Assembly (NCBI GenBank): GCA_023248735.1
Contig: JAHFDY010000003.1
Coordinates: forward strand, 915 to 64,914
Source of the DNA: Myxococcales bacterium
GTDB lineage: Bacteria; Myxococcota_A; Polyangia; Polyangiales; Polyangiaceae
Direction: 5' to 3'
Length of the DNA stretch: 64,000 bases
In this document: positions 16,774 to 25,926 of the stretch, piece by piece
Layout: every line of letters starts with the position of its first letter
How positions within the stretch are numbered: the stretch's first letter is position 1
Notes under the pieces: generated by a model
Told to the model about the DNA's origin: nothing
Seen by the model: only the letters and a program-made list of their open reading frames with translations
Databases searched by the model: none
Position numbers and translations under genes: made by a program

Positions 16774-18261
16774 GTGAGCCCACCCGATTCTCCGCAGCTT
16801 TCCCTTCCGCTCGAGGAATTTTACACGCGCCTGCTTGTTCCGACGATCGGGCGTTCCAAGCGGGTGTTCTGCAATCGTAACTTGCGCATGCACCATGTTG
16901 CGTGGGTCGGGTTCGACATGGACTACACGCTGGCGATCTACAACCAAGCCGAGATGGATGAGCTGTCGATTCGCTCAACCATGACGAAGCTGCTCACCCG
17001 TGGATATCCAAGTTTCTTACCGAGCATCCCATACTCGATCACATTCCCTGTGCGCGGGCTCCTGATCGACAAGCGCTATGGCCACGTTCTTAAGATGGAC
17101 CGATACAAGCACGTGTCGAAGGGCTACCACGGCTTTCGCGAGCTCCCCAAGGAGGAGCTTCGCGAGCTCTACCACGCGAAGAAAGTTCGTGCCGCGACGC
17201 CGCGCTATCACTGGATCGACACGCTATACGCCCTGAGCGAAGCCGCATTGTACTCCGCGATCGTAGAGGCGTTCGAACAGCGTGGTCTCGCGACCGACTA
17301 CGGGCGGATCTTCCACGACATTCGCGAGTGCATCGACGAAGCACATCGCGACGGCACCATCCTGAACGCCGTGTCTTCTGATCTGCCGCGATACATCGTG
17401 CGCGATCCCGACTTGGCGCCGACGCTTCACAAGTTACGAAGCGCAGGGAAGAAACTCTTTGTGCTGACCAACTCGCACCGTTGGTACACAGAAAAGATGA
17501 TGACCTATTTGCTCGACGGGCAAATGGGTGAGTACCCGTCCTGGCGCAACTTCTTTGACGTCACGATCGTCGCTGCGTCGAAGCCCGCTTTTTTCCAAGA
17601 GCGCAGGCCGCTCATGGCAAACGACAACGACAACCTGAAGCTTGCGCAGCTGCCGCTCGAACGCGGTCACATCTATCAAGGTGGAAATCTGGCCGATCTT
17701 GAACGTGGCCTCGGCGTTCATGGTGATCAAATTCTATACGTAGGCGATCACATTTACGGCGACATCTTGCGCTCGAAGAAGGACAGCGCGTGGCGCACGG
17801 CCATGATCATCCAAGAGCTCGAAACCGAAGTGCTCGCTCACGAGACGTGTCGCGAAGACTACGTGCGGACCGAACAGCTCGAAGAAATGCGTGAGCGTCT
17901 CGAAGACGAACTGCGGTTTTATCAGAGTCGCTTCAAGGAACTCACGCGGCGCATCGATCAGAACAAGGGCCCGGGCGATCTCGACGCCGAACGTGTGCGC
18001 ATCAAGCGCGCGCTCGAACGCGTGCGCGGACGGCTCAAGCAGGTCGACGTTGAGATGGCGATGATGGAACGTCGCATTGACCTGCGATTTCATCCCTATT
18101 GGGGTTCGTTGCTCAAAGAAGGCAACGAGCAATCGAGCTTCGGCGCGCAGGTCGATGAGTACGCGTGTCTGTATACGTCTCGCGTGTCAAATCTGCTGGC
18201 CTACTCACCTCAGCAGTTCTTCCGCAGCCCACGCGACGAGATGGCCCACGAAATTGGCTGA
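16774..18261 (+). CDS. HAD-IG family 5'-nucleotidase (cN-II / NT5DC-like)
   Basis: The N-terminus is FCNRNLRMHHVAWVGFDMDYTLAIY (DxDxT). The central region is YVGDHIYGDILRSKK. A long helical C-terminal extension is typical of this family. Confidence 0.85.
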   Translation: MSPPDSPQLSLPLEEFYTRLLVPTIGRSKRVFCNRNLRMHHVAWVGFDMDYTLAIYNQAEMDELSIRSTMTKLLTRGYPSFLPSIPYSITFPVRGLLIDKRYGHVLKMDRYKHVSKGYHGFRELPKEELRELYHAKKVRAATPRYHWIDTLYALSEAALYSAIVEAFEQRGLATDYGRIFHDIRECIDEAHRDGTILNAVSSDLPRYIVRDPDLAPTLHKLRSAGKKLFVLTNSHRWYTEKMMTYLLDGQMGEYPSWRNFFDVTIVAASKPAFFQERRPLMANDNDNLKLAQLPLERGHIYQGGNLADLERGLGVHGDQILYVGDHIYGDILRSKKDSAWRTAMIIQELETEVLAHETCREDYVRTEQLEEMRERLEDELRFYQSRFKELTRRIDQNKGPGDLDAERVRIKRALERVRGRLKQVDVEMAMMERRIDLRFHPYWGSLLKEGNEQSSFGAQVDEYACLYTSRVSNLLAYSPQQFFRSPRDEMAHEIG

Positions 18262-18365
18262 AGTCGTGCTGAACGCCGTCTCGTCCACGACTAATTTTGT
18301 CCCAAATGGCTCATCGGAACGAACGGTGCCTAGCGGGCGAAACGCGCCCATGGCAAACGCGTGCC

Positions 18366-19502
18366 ATGAACGCAATGGATCGGGGGATTGGGGTTTCGGC
18401 GCTTTTTCTCGCAGCGGCATGTTCAGCCGGCCAAAAGCGAGAGTTCGCAACAGATGCCGAGGCCAATAACCCGTACGATGGGCGAGCCTTCGATCCGTTC
18501 GGTGCCAGCGATGGCGGCGCGTGCGTTCCCTCGCCTCTGAACTACGATATCCCTGGAAACGGTTGCGACGACGACGGTGACGGCCAGACGGACAACGTCG
18601 CCAAGTGCGACACCTCACTCAGCCCTGCTGGCAACGCGCACGACTTCGCGAAGGCACTTGGCATTTGCCGCGACGGAAAAGACGGCGGCTGGGGCATCAT
18701 CAGCGCTGAGTATCGCGCTGCGTATGGCAGCGGCGGCAATCTCAACGACGCTCAGCACGGCATCCTCACCAAATTCGGTAGCAGTATCGTTCCGCGCGAG
18801 GGGTCCTCGCTCGGCGTGATCAGTTCCGGCTTTGCGCGCGAGTTCGACTCGGCCAAGGGCAATGCGGAGTGCTTCGTTGCGGGCCGCCCGATGGGCAACA
18901 TGAACGCCAACGTGCTCCCGGGCTATCCGAAAGGCGTCCCGGGGTGCACTTCGAGCAACGTGGTCAACGATGCGATCGTCGTGCGGCTGAAGCTCCGTGT
19001 GCCGGCAAACGCGAAGGGTCTCTCGTTCGATTTCAATTTCTTCACGAGCGAGTGGCCCGCGTTTGTCTGCTCCAATTTCAACGACGCCTTCTTGGCTGTG
19101 CTCAAGTCAAAGGCATTCAACGGCGGCAAACCAGAGAATATCTCGTTCGATCCGAACAAGAACCCGGTCAGCGTCAACAATGACTTTTTCGACCGATGCA
19201 CCCCCAAAGTCATGACCGGCTGCTACGGCGATAGCCAGTCCATATCGAAGTGCGCCGGCGGCGAGAAGGAGCTCCAAGGAACCGGCTACTTCTGCAAGGA
19301 TAGCTATTGTTCCGAAGTGAGCACTGGCGGAGGCGCCACGGGTTGGCTGACGACGCAGGCTCCTGTCGAGCCCGGTGAAGAGATTCAGCTCGACTTCATG
19401 ATTTGGGACACTGGCGATAGCGCGCTCGACTCGTCGGTTCTCCTCGATAAGTTCCAGTGGGTCGCGGGCGAAACGACGACGGTCACTGAGCGACCGCACT
19501 AA
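18366..19502 (+). CDS. secreted protein, choice-of-anchor L-like domain with an N-terminal GCDDDGDGQTDN motif
   Basis: ATG 18366 gives the signal MNAMDRGIGVSALFLAAAC. FDFNFFTSEWPAFVCSNFNDAFLAVL resembles the choice-of-anchor L core. Family assignment is from memory of that motif only. Confidence 0.6.
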   Translation: MNAMDRGIGVSALFLAAACSAGQKREFATDAEANNPYDGRAFDPFGASDGGACVPSPLNYDIPGNGCDDDGDGQTDNVAKCDTSLSPAGNAHDFAKALGICRDGKDGGWGIISAEYRAAYGSGGNLNDAQHGILTKFGSSIVPREGSSLGVISSGFAREFDSAKGNAECFVAGRPMGNMNANVLPGYPKGVPGCTSSNVVNDAIVVRLKLRVPANAKGLSFDFNFFTSEWPAFVCSNFNDAFLAVLKSKAFNGGKPENISFDPNKNPVSVNNDFFDRCTPKVMTGCYGDSQSISKCAGGEKELQGTGYFCKDSYCSEVSTGGGATGWLTTQAPVEPGEEIQLDFMIWDTGDSALDSSVLLDKFQWVAGETTTVTERPH

Positions 19503-19758
19503 ATCCTCACGCTGCGCTAGCTAACGGCTGAGGCACCCGTTGTGCCAAACGCTCCTACGGCGAGAGACAAGCGCGCAGCAAAGCGAGGCGCCTCCTTGCC
19601 TTGTCTGGGCTAGGCCTCAGGCTTAAGGCTGGTTTCGTTCGGCATCCAAAACGCGAAACGCATTTGCGAGGTCCAGGGACAGGAACGCAAGTGTGCAAGC
19701 CTCGGCTCGTCAATGGGCTATCTCGAGAGGCGCGCGTTTTCCGGTGCGAGGTGTCCCC

Positions 19759-20055
19759 ATGACCATCATGATCGCGAATTCGCCCTCTTCTACAGAGGCA
19801 AGTTGGTTGACCAAACGGTTCCAACGATTGACGACCGAGCCGGAACCCGGCGATGGCTTCCCGCTGTCCCTTTCAGACTCAATGGCCGCGAGGGTGAGGC
19901 GCGAAGTCGGGCCGCGGCCGACCGGCGAGCTCAGCGCCGCGACGGCAGAAGAAGTTGCAACCCGCGCGGCGGATCAAATCGCCGAGCTTGGTGCCGGCGC
20001 CGTTTCTGCTCAAGCGCGCTTTGATCGGGACTCTGTCATGCAGCTCTTGCGCTAG
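19759..20055 (+). CDS. hypothetical small protein (98 aa)
   Basis: ATG 19759 has GAGGTG 5 nt upstream, and third positions are moderately G/C-rich. No motif was recognised, and overlapping alternative ORFs exist. Confidence 0.3.
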   Translation: MTIMIANSPSSTEASWLTKRFQRLTTEPEPGDGFPLSLSDSMAARVRREVGPRPTGELSAATAEEVATRAADQIAELGAGAVSAQARFDRDSVMQLLR

Positions 20056-20111
20056 TCCTTTGACCAACGCGCTTCCTGTCGGGAACTGTTGTAGCTTGCC
20101 GCGCTCCCATC

Positions 20112-22481
20112 ATGTCCGCCAAGAATTTTCGGCTGCTTGCGATTCTCTACTTCGCCTCCGGCGCGGCCGGCCTGATCGACGAGGTCGCGTTCTTCAAGTA
20201 CCTCTCATTCGCGTTTGGTGCGACCGCTTATGCGTCGAGCGCGGTCCTCGTCGCGTTCATGGGCGGCCTCGCGATAGGCGCTTTTCTGGCGAGCGCGCTC
20301 GAACATCGGGTCGCGCGACCGCTCTTCGCCTATGGGGCGATCGAAGTCTGTGTCGGCCTCGCGTGCGCACTCTCGCCCGCCATGTTCGGTCTCGTCACAA
20401 GAGTCTATGTTTCGGTCGCGTCATCGTCCGCCACGTCCATTGCGACCCTTCAAGTTGTGCGCTGTGTGCTCGCATCTGCGGTGGTCATGCTGCCCGCGAT
20501 TGGCATGGGCGCTACGTTGCCGATTCTCGCACGCTACGTCACGGCTTTGGGCGGGCAACGCCAACTGTCTATCCTCTACGGCCTCAACACCGCGGGCGGT
20601 GCGTTTGGATCGCTTATCTGCGCTTACGGGATGATTCCTGCATTCGGCCTCTCGAAGACGATGCGTATTTCGGCGGCGACCAGCGTCCTCGTCGGTATCG
20701 TTAGCTTCCTTCTCAACCGCGAAGAATCGCGCACGACCGACACAAGCCAGACCACCACAAAGCCCAAAACGAACATCCTCGATAGCCGCTCCAGCGCGCT
20801 TGTCATCACTTCGATCGCGTCAGGGCTCTTCGTCTTCGCGAGCGAAGTGCTCTTCGTTCATCTGCTCGCCCTGGTTGTCGGCACAAGCGTTTATGTCTTT
20901 GGTCTCATTCTCTTCATCTTCCTTGTGTCGTTGTCCGTTGGCGCAACAGTTGCGCCGGTCCTCGCGCGCCGTGCAGGCCGCGCGGCGTTGCCGCTTAGTC
21001 TTTCACTCTCGGCACTTGCGCTCGCCGTCACCGTTCCGCTCTGGGATCGCCTACCGTCCGTTTTCGAAACGGTCGGAGCCAGCGTCACATCGTGGCACGG
21101 CCGAGAATCGATTCGCGCGCTCGTTGCGTTTCTCGCGCTGTTTGTTCCGGTTGCGTGCATGGGCAGCGCGTTTCCACTCGTCTTGCAAGCAGCCTCACAA
21201 CGCAACGACGTGGGACGCATCATCGGGCGCCTTACGGCATTGAACACCTTCGCCTCGATCGGAGGGTCACTTCTTGGAGGGTGGGTCCTGCTGCCCGCAC
21301 TGGGTTCCGAACGCAGCCTTCGCGTGGTGACCCTTGGCTACGCCCTCTCGGCCGTTCTCGTTTTCGCGACAGGGGACCATGCGGCCACAACGCGCACGCC
21401 GCGGTTACGCTTGGCGGGGCCCATTGTGTCGGGCCTTGCGGTGTTGCTTATTTTCCTCGCCCCACGATGGGATCTCACGCGCCTCTCCGGTGGCGCGAAT
21501 GTGTACTTTGAGAAGCAACTTCCGACGGACGCAAAGGTCATCTGGGTTCATGAGGACGTTCACGGTGGCGTCACAACCGTCACAAGCTCCGGTGCGCTTC
21601 GAACGCTCTACACCGCCGGCAAGTTCCAAGGCGACAACGGTTTTCAGATGACGGCCCAGTACGGCTTTGCGCACATCCCAGCGATGTTCGTTTCGCGCTT
21701 CGATCGCGCGCTCGTCATCGGCTTGGGCACCGGCACAACACTCGGCGCCCTTGCCGCCTACCCCTTCGAAACGATCGACGTCGCCGAGCTGAGCCCTGCA
21801 ATTGTAACTGCAGCGCGCACGTATTTCGGAGACATCAACCGAAATGTGCTCAGCGACAAGCGGGTACGGGTTCTATACGAGGACGGCCGCAACGCGCTGC
21901 TCGTTCGCAACGGCAGCTACGATCTCATCAGCATCGAGCTATCGAGCATCTGGTTTGCAGGTGCCGCCAATTTGTACAACCGCGAGTTCTACGAAACGGC
22001 GAAGCTGCGGCTGCGCGAAGGCGGCATCCTTCAACAGTGGATTCAACTCCATCACACGACCCGTCGCGAGATCGCGACACAAATTGCAACTTGCCGCGAT
22101 ACATTTCCGAACACCCTCTTCTTCATTCGAGGCGAACAAGGCATCTTGGTCGCAAGTCTCACACCCTTGATCGCGCCCATACAACGGCTCGAAGCGCTCG
22201 ACCAAGCCCCGCAACTTCGCGCAATTCTCGGTAAGCAGCACCTCACGGAGCATCTCGACGATCTGGTGCTCGCAGACGAAACGATGGATCGGTTTCTTGA
22301 CGATGTCTCCCGCGAGACTGGCAAGTCGCGCGAACAGTTTCTTTCGACCGACGACAACCTAAGGCTCGAGTACGCAACGCCGCGCAACAACATTCCGGGC
22401 TTGCTGAACACCTACCAAATGGGCGCCGCGCTGCGCAGTTATCGATCGAGCAGCGTGATTGCAGCTCATGTCATTCGCTGA
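20112..22481 (+). CDS. fused polytopic membrane domain / spermidine synthase-like (aminopropyltransferase fold) protein
   Basis: 789 aa. The N-terminal ~450 aa are highly hydrophobic with multiple TM segments. The C-terminal part has ALVIGLGTGTTLGAL (SAM-type fold) and LISIELSS, as in fused MFS/spermidine synthase proteins. Confidence 0.8.
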   Translation: MSAKNFRLLAILYFASGAAGLIDEVAFFKYLSFAFGATAYASSAVLVAFMGGLAIGAFLASALEHRVARPLFAYGAIEVCVGLACALSPAMFGLVTRVYVSVASSSATSIATLQVVRCVLASAVVMLPAIGMGATLPILARYVTALGGQRQLSILYGLNTAGGAFGSLICAYGMIPAFGLSKTMRISAATSVLVGIVSFLLNREESRTTDTSQTTTKPKTNILDSRSSALVITSIASGLFVFASEVLFVHLLALVVGTSVYVFGLILFIFLVSLSVGATVAPVLARRAGRAALPLSLSLSALALAVTVPLWDRLPSVFETVGASVTSWHGRESIRALVAFLALFVPVACMGSAFPLVLQAASQRNDVGRIIGRLTALNTFASIGGSLLGGWVLLPALGSERSLRVVTLGYALSAVLVFATGDHAATTRTPRLRLAGPIVSGLAVLLIFLAPRWDLTRLSGGANVYFEKQLPTDAKVIWVHEDVHGGVTTVTSSGALRTLYTAGKFQGDNGFQMTAQYGFAHIPAMFVSRFDRALVIGLGTGTTLGALAAYPFETIDVAELSPAIVTAARTYFGDINRNVLSDKRVRVLYEDGRNALLVRNGSYDLISIELSSIWFAGAANLYNREFYETAKLRLREGGILQQWIQLHHTTRREIATQIATCRDTFPNTLFFIRGEQGILVASLTPLIAPIQRLEALDQAPQLRAILGKQHLTEHLDDLVLADETMDRFLDDVSRETGKSREQFLSTDDNLRLEYATPRNNIPGLLNTYQMGAALRSYRSSSVIAAHVIR

Positions 22482-22495
22482 CGGTAAGCGCTGTT

Positions 22496-22693
22496 CTATC
22501 TGGACCCAGCGGCAGAAGGCATCGCGCGCGCGGTCGATGCACTCGCAGGCGCGATCGGCTCGCATTGACAATTCGGTGCAGGGCGAAATCCCGCGATACA
22601 CATGACGTGCTCGCAGCGCGGCCCAACGATTTTGCATCCTGTGAGCAGGACAAGCGCAGCGGCGACGATTCCGCAGTTGGGCAGTTGCAACAT
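22496..22693 (-). CDS. possible small Cys-rich lipoprotein (65 aa)
   Basis: The translation is MLQLPNCGIVAAALVLLTGC (lipobox LTGC), followed by KIVGPRCEHVMCIAGFRPAPNCQCEPI. GAGG lies 4 nt upstream. It sits in an otherwise empty 316-bp gap. Confidence 0.35.
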   Translation of the reverse strand: MLQLPNCGIVAAALVLLTGCKIVGPRCEHVMCIAGFRPAPNCQCEPIAPASASTARAMPSAAGSR

Positions 22694-22797
22694 GGCGCCT
22701 CGAGAGTACTCGATGCGCCGGCCGCTGGATCTGCCTGGATTTCAACGTTCTCGCAACAAACGTTGCCCCCACGCGTCAGCGTCGCTACGTCCCTTCG

Positions 22798-23886
22798 ATG
22801 ATCGAACTCGCCACTGGCCGCCTCAAATCATCACCGGAAGACTTCGTGGTTGACGAGTTGCCGGCCTACGGACCAAGTGGCCACGGTGAGCACCTGTGGC
22901 TCCAGATCCGAAAGCGCGACACGAACACGCTCGATGCCATACGCGCGATCGCAAACGCACTCGGCGCCGACATACGGCAAGCGGGCCACGCCGGGATGAA
23001 GGACAAATTCGCCATCACCACGCAGTCGCTCACACTCCTGCGGCCCCCTAAGTTTGATCGCGCCGAGTTCGAGAGCAGTGCCCGGAAGCTGCAGCTTCCA
23101 GGAATCGACATCAACGAAGTGAGCTGGCACGACAACAAGCTAAAGCCTGGCCACCTTCGCGGAAACCGCTTCGATATTCGCATCCGGGACGTGAGCATGA
23201 ACGATGCGGAGCGCGCCCTTTCAGTGCTGCGTCGAGTTGGTAAAGAAGGTGTACCGAATTTTTTTGGCGAGCAGCGCTTCGGTCGCGGCGGAGACAACGC
23301 CGAACGAGCGCTCGCCTGGCTGCGCGGACAAGAGCACGGCCCCCGTGACATGCGCGCACGCCAGTTTCTTTTCTCCGCATTGCAGTCGCACGTGTTCAAT
23401 CGCGTGCTCGATGCACGCGTTGCAGATGGGACGTGGCACACGCCCGTCGAAGGCGACGTACTCAAGAAGCACGAAACCGGCGGGCTCTTCACGTGCACGG
23501 ACGTCGAAACCGATCGCGCACGTGCGCGCGCCGGCGAGCTCAGTCCGACAGGACCGATGTTCGGCGTAAAGATGCGTGCCGCAGACGGCTTGACCAAGGT
23601 TCTTGAAGATGCAATCATGTTGCAACAACTCGGTGAGAACTTCCCGCTCGAAGGGACGTCCAAGTGGGGAGAAGGAACCCGTCGCGTCTTGCGCGTTTGG
23701 GTCGAGGAGCTCATTGCGGAGGCCGAAATGGCATCTTTCGAAGGAACCCCAAACGCCACCAAAACCACCGTTCGAGTGCGCTTTGTGCTACCCAAAGGGG
23801 CTTACGCAACAACGGTGCTCGCTTCGGCATTCATCTTCCCGCGCACCGAAACCGCAACCGTCGAATCAGAACCGGAAAACGCGTAG
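22798..23886 (+). CDS. truD: tRNA pseudouridine(13) synthase TruD
   Basis: PEDFVVDELP is at the N-terminus, and GHAGMKDKFAITTQ carries the catalytic Asp motif. At 362 aa the length is typical. Confidence 0.9.
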   Translation: MIELATGRLKSSPEDFVVDELPAYGPSGHGEHLWLQIRKRDTNTLDAIRAIANALGADIRQAGHAGMKDKFAITTQSLTLLRPPKFDRAEFESSARKLQLPGIDINEVSWHDNKLKPGHLRGNRFDIRIRDVSMNDAERALSVLRRVGKEGVPNFFGEQRFGRGGDNAERALAWLRGQEHGPRDMRARQFLFSALQSHVFNRVLDARVADGTWHTPVEGDVLKKHETGGLFTCTDVETDRARARAGELSPTGPMFGVKMRAADGLTKVLEDAIMLQQLGENFPLEGTSKWGEGTRRVLRVWVEELIAEAEMASFEGTPNATKTTVRVRFVLPKGAYATTVLASAFIFPRTETATVESEPENA

Positions 23887-24600
23887 ATGAACGAAAAACA
23901 GGGCGCCACCGAGCTAATCCAAAAGGTGATGGTCGGCCTAGGTGCTGGCTGGGTGCTGTGGCTCATGCTCATCCTGAGCGTCGTCTCGCTTGCGATCATG
24001 CTCGAGCGCGCGTGGCTTTATTGGTCGGTGTCGGACGACGTCGAAGCGCTGATGCGCGACCTCAACAAGTTCTTTCGCAGCAACGACTTGGCGTCCGCAC
24101 GCAAGCGCCTCGAGCAATCGAAGAGCGCCGAGGCGGCCGTCGTCATCGCGGGCGTCGTCGAAGCCGATCGTGGAGCTGACTCGGCCGAACACGCAATGGC
24201 AAGCGCCAGCGCGTTGCAGAAGTTGAAACTCGAAAAGCGTCTCGTATTTCTGGGAACGCTCGGCAACAACGCGCCGTTCATCGGATTGCTCGGCACCGTT
24301 ATCGGCATCGTCGGCGCGTTTCAAGAGCTCGCGAAGAGCTCCCAAGGCGCAGCAGGATCGGCCGCTGCCAACTCCGCTTCGACTCTCGTCATGGCCCGCA
24401 TTGCGGAAGCCCTCGTCGCAACCGCCGTTGGCCTCGTGGTTGCTATCCCCGCCGTCGCAGCGTTCAACACATTTCAGCGCATCGTGAAGGCAAAGCTCGC
24501 CAACACCGACGCGCTCGCTCTTTCGCTGCTAGCCCATCTGCGGTCCAACGAGAGCCATAGCGAAGCACCGGCCCCCTCGCGAGGCAGGCGGGGAGAATAA
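23887..24600 (+). CDS. MotA/TolQ/ExbB proton-channel family protein
   Basis: LGTLGNNAPFIGLLGTVIGIVGAF is the signature TM2/3 region. The ATG immediately follows the truD stop. Confidence 0.9.
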   Translation: MNEKQGATELIQKVMVGLGAGWVLWLMLILSVVSLAIMLERAWLYWSVSDDVEALMRDLNKFFRSNDLASARKRLEQSKSAEAAVVIAGVVEADRGADSAEHAMASASALQKLKLEKRLVFLGTLGNNAPFIGLLGTVIGIVGAFQELAKSSQGAAGSAAANSASTLVMARIAEALVATAVGLVVAIPAVAAFNTFQRIVKAKLANTDALALSLLAHLRSNESHSEAPAPSRGRRGE

Positions 24601-24603
24601 GCG

Positions 24604-25026
24604 ATGGCCGGCGGAGCAGACGACGCGGATTCCGAAATTGTTGGCATCAACGTCACGCCACTTGTCGACGTCACGCTGGTGCTTCTCATCATCTTCATGG
24701 TGACGGCACGCCTTATCGCCCAATCGGGATTGTCAATGGAGTTACCGAAAGCTGCGAACAGCGGTGAAATGCAAACCGTGTTCAGTGTGTCGCTCGCCGC
24801 CGACGGGCGGGTACTTGTCGACTCTACCCAAATTGCAAACGATGATGCGGTCGCACCATTTGCAAGGGCCGCAAGGGAGAAAAATCCGGAACTTCGCGCG
24901 TCAATCAAGGCTGATGCCGCCGTCAACTACGGCCGCGTCATCCACGTGATCGACATTCTCAAAACGGCAGGCATCGCGAAGATCGCGTTTGCGGTTACGC
25001 CCACCGGACCCCCTAAGTCACAGTAA
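24604..25026 (+). CDS. ExbD/TolR biopolymer transport protein
   Basis: 140 aa. The INVTPLVDVTLVLLIIFMV N-terminal TM motif is present. Confidence 0.9.
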   Translation: MAGGADDADSEIVGINVTPLVDVTLVLLIIFMVTARLIAQSGLSMELPKAANSGEMQTVFSVSLAADGRVLVDSTQIANDDAVAPFARAAREKNPELRASIKADAAVNYGRVIHVIDILKTAGIAKIAFAVTPTGPPKSQ

Positions 25027-25047
25027 TCAAGGTGGGAATGACCTACG

Positions 25048-25926
25048 ATGGCAACGGCTGTGTTCACTCCAGTTGAACGTGACGACCCAAGGAGCGCTCG
25101 CGCACGCGATGCGACGCCCTACGATCGCGTCATGGCCCTCGGGTACGACGAGGACAAGGGCCTCATCGCAATTTTCTTCGTCGGCGCGAGCATCGTACAA
25201 GCGTCACTTACGATGCTCTTCCTATTCATCTCGCTCATCGGCCTCGCCATGTTCGCCGACGATGTTCGGGGCCACGTCGAGATGCGACTTGCTGAGATTG
25301 AAATCGATGTCACGCGCGACGACGCGCCGCCCATGCCTGCGGTCGAGCCCGTGGTCAAAGAGATAACTCCGACGGTTGCGAAGGATCCGACGCCAAAAGA
25401 CGCTCCTCCGCAAGCAGCGTCACCCGCCGCCGCCGCACAGGCGCTTACGGCAAAGGAAGACCCAAACGCGCCCCTTGACTTGACCGGAAACACCATCGTT
25501 ACGGGCAGTGCCTCCGCGTACGCAGGCGGAAACAGCTCGAACGACGGAACGTCCACGGTACCCGTTCGAACAATCCCCGTTGCGAGTGGTGTCCCCGGAG
25601 GGACGGGCACCGGCACTGCTCCCGCATCGACGGTTGACCGATCACGCAGCGCGGGCCTTCTCGGCGGCAACGAATGGAACTGCAGCAGCTTTTGGCCCAC
25701 TGAGGCCGAAGTCGCTCAAGTCGACGAGGCCGTCGTGAAGATTCAGGTATCCGTGAGCGCGGAGGGCCTGGCACAAACCGTCAAGATTCTTTCCGATCCA
25801 GGCAACGGATTCGGCGGGGCGGCGATCCGCTGCGCGAAGAGGCAACGCTTCAGGACGGCACTCGACCGCGACGGCAACCCGCAGGCGGGGAACACGAACC
25901 CTTTCAATGTTCGCTTCAACCGATGA
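25048..25926 (+). CDS. TonB/TolA-like energy transducer (TonB C-terminal domain)
   Basis: It has one N-terminal TM segment, a Pro/Ala-rich linker (PPMPAVEPVVKEITPTVAKDPTPKDAPPQAASP) and a C-terminal TonB_C-like VVKIQVSVSAEGLAQTVKIL...GNP. Confidence 0.75.
   Translation: MATAVFTPVERDDPRSARARDATPYDRVMALGYDEDKGLIAIFFVGASIVQASLTMLFLFISLIGLAMFADDVRGHVEMRLAEIEIDVTRDDAPPMPAVEPVVKEITPTVAKDPTPKDAPPQAASPAAAAQALTAKEDPNAPLDLTGNTIVTGSASAYAGGNSSNDGTSTVPVRTIPVASGVPGGTGTGTAPASTVDRSRSAGLLGGNEWNCSSFWPTEAEVAQVDEAVVKIQVSVSAEGLAQTVKILSDPGNGFGGAAIRCAKRQRFRTALDRDGNPQAGNTNPFNVRFNR

Noticed and set aside
19503-19758. A possible structured ncRNA in the 256-nt gap after the choice-of-anchor-L-like gene (small hairpins such as GGCAC-ccgtt-GTGCC and AGACAAG...CTTGTCT)
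   Set aside because: The stems are short and non-nested. I recognise no riboswitch or sRNA family consensus, and I cannot fold or compare the region without tools.
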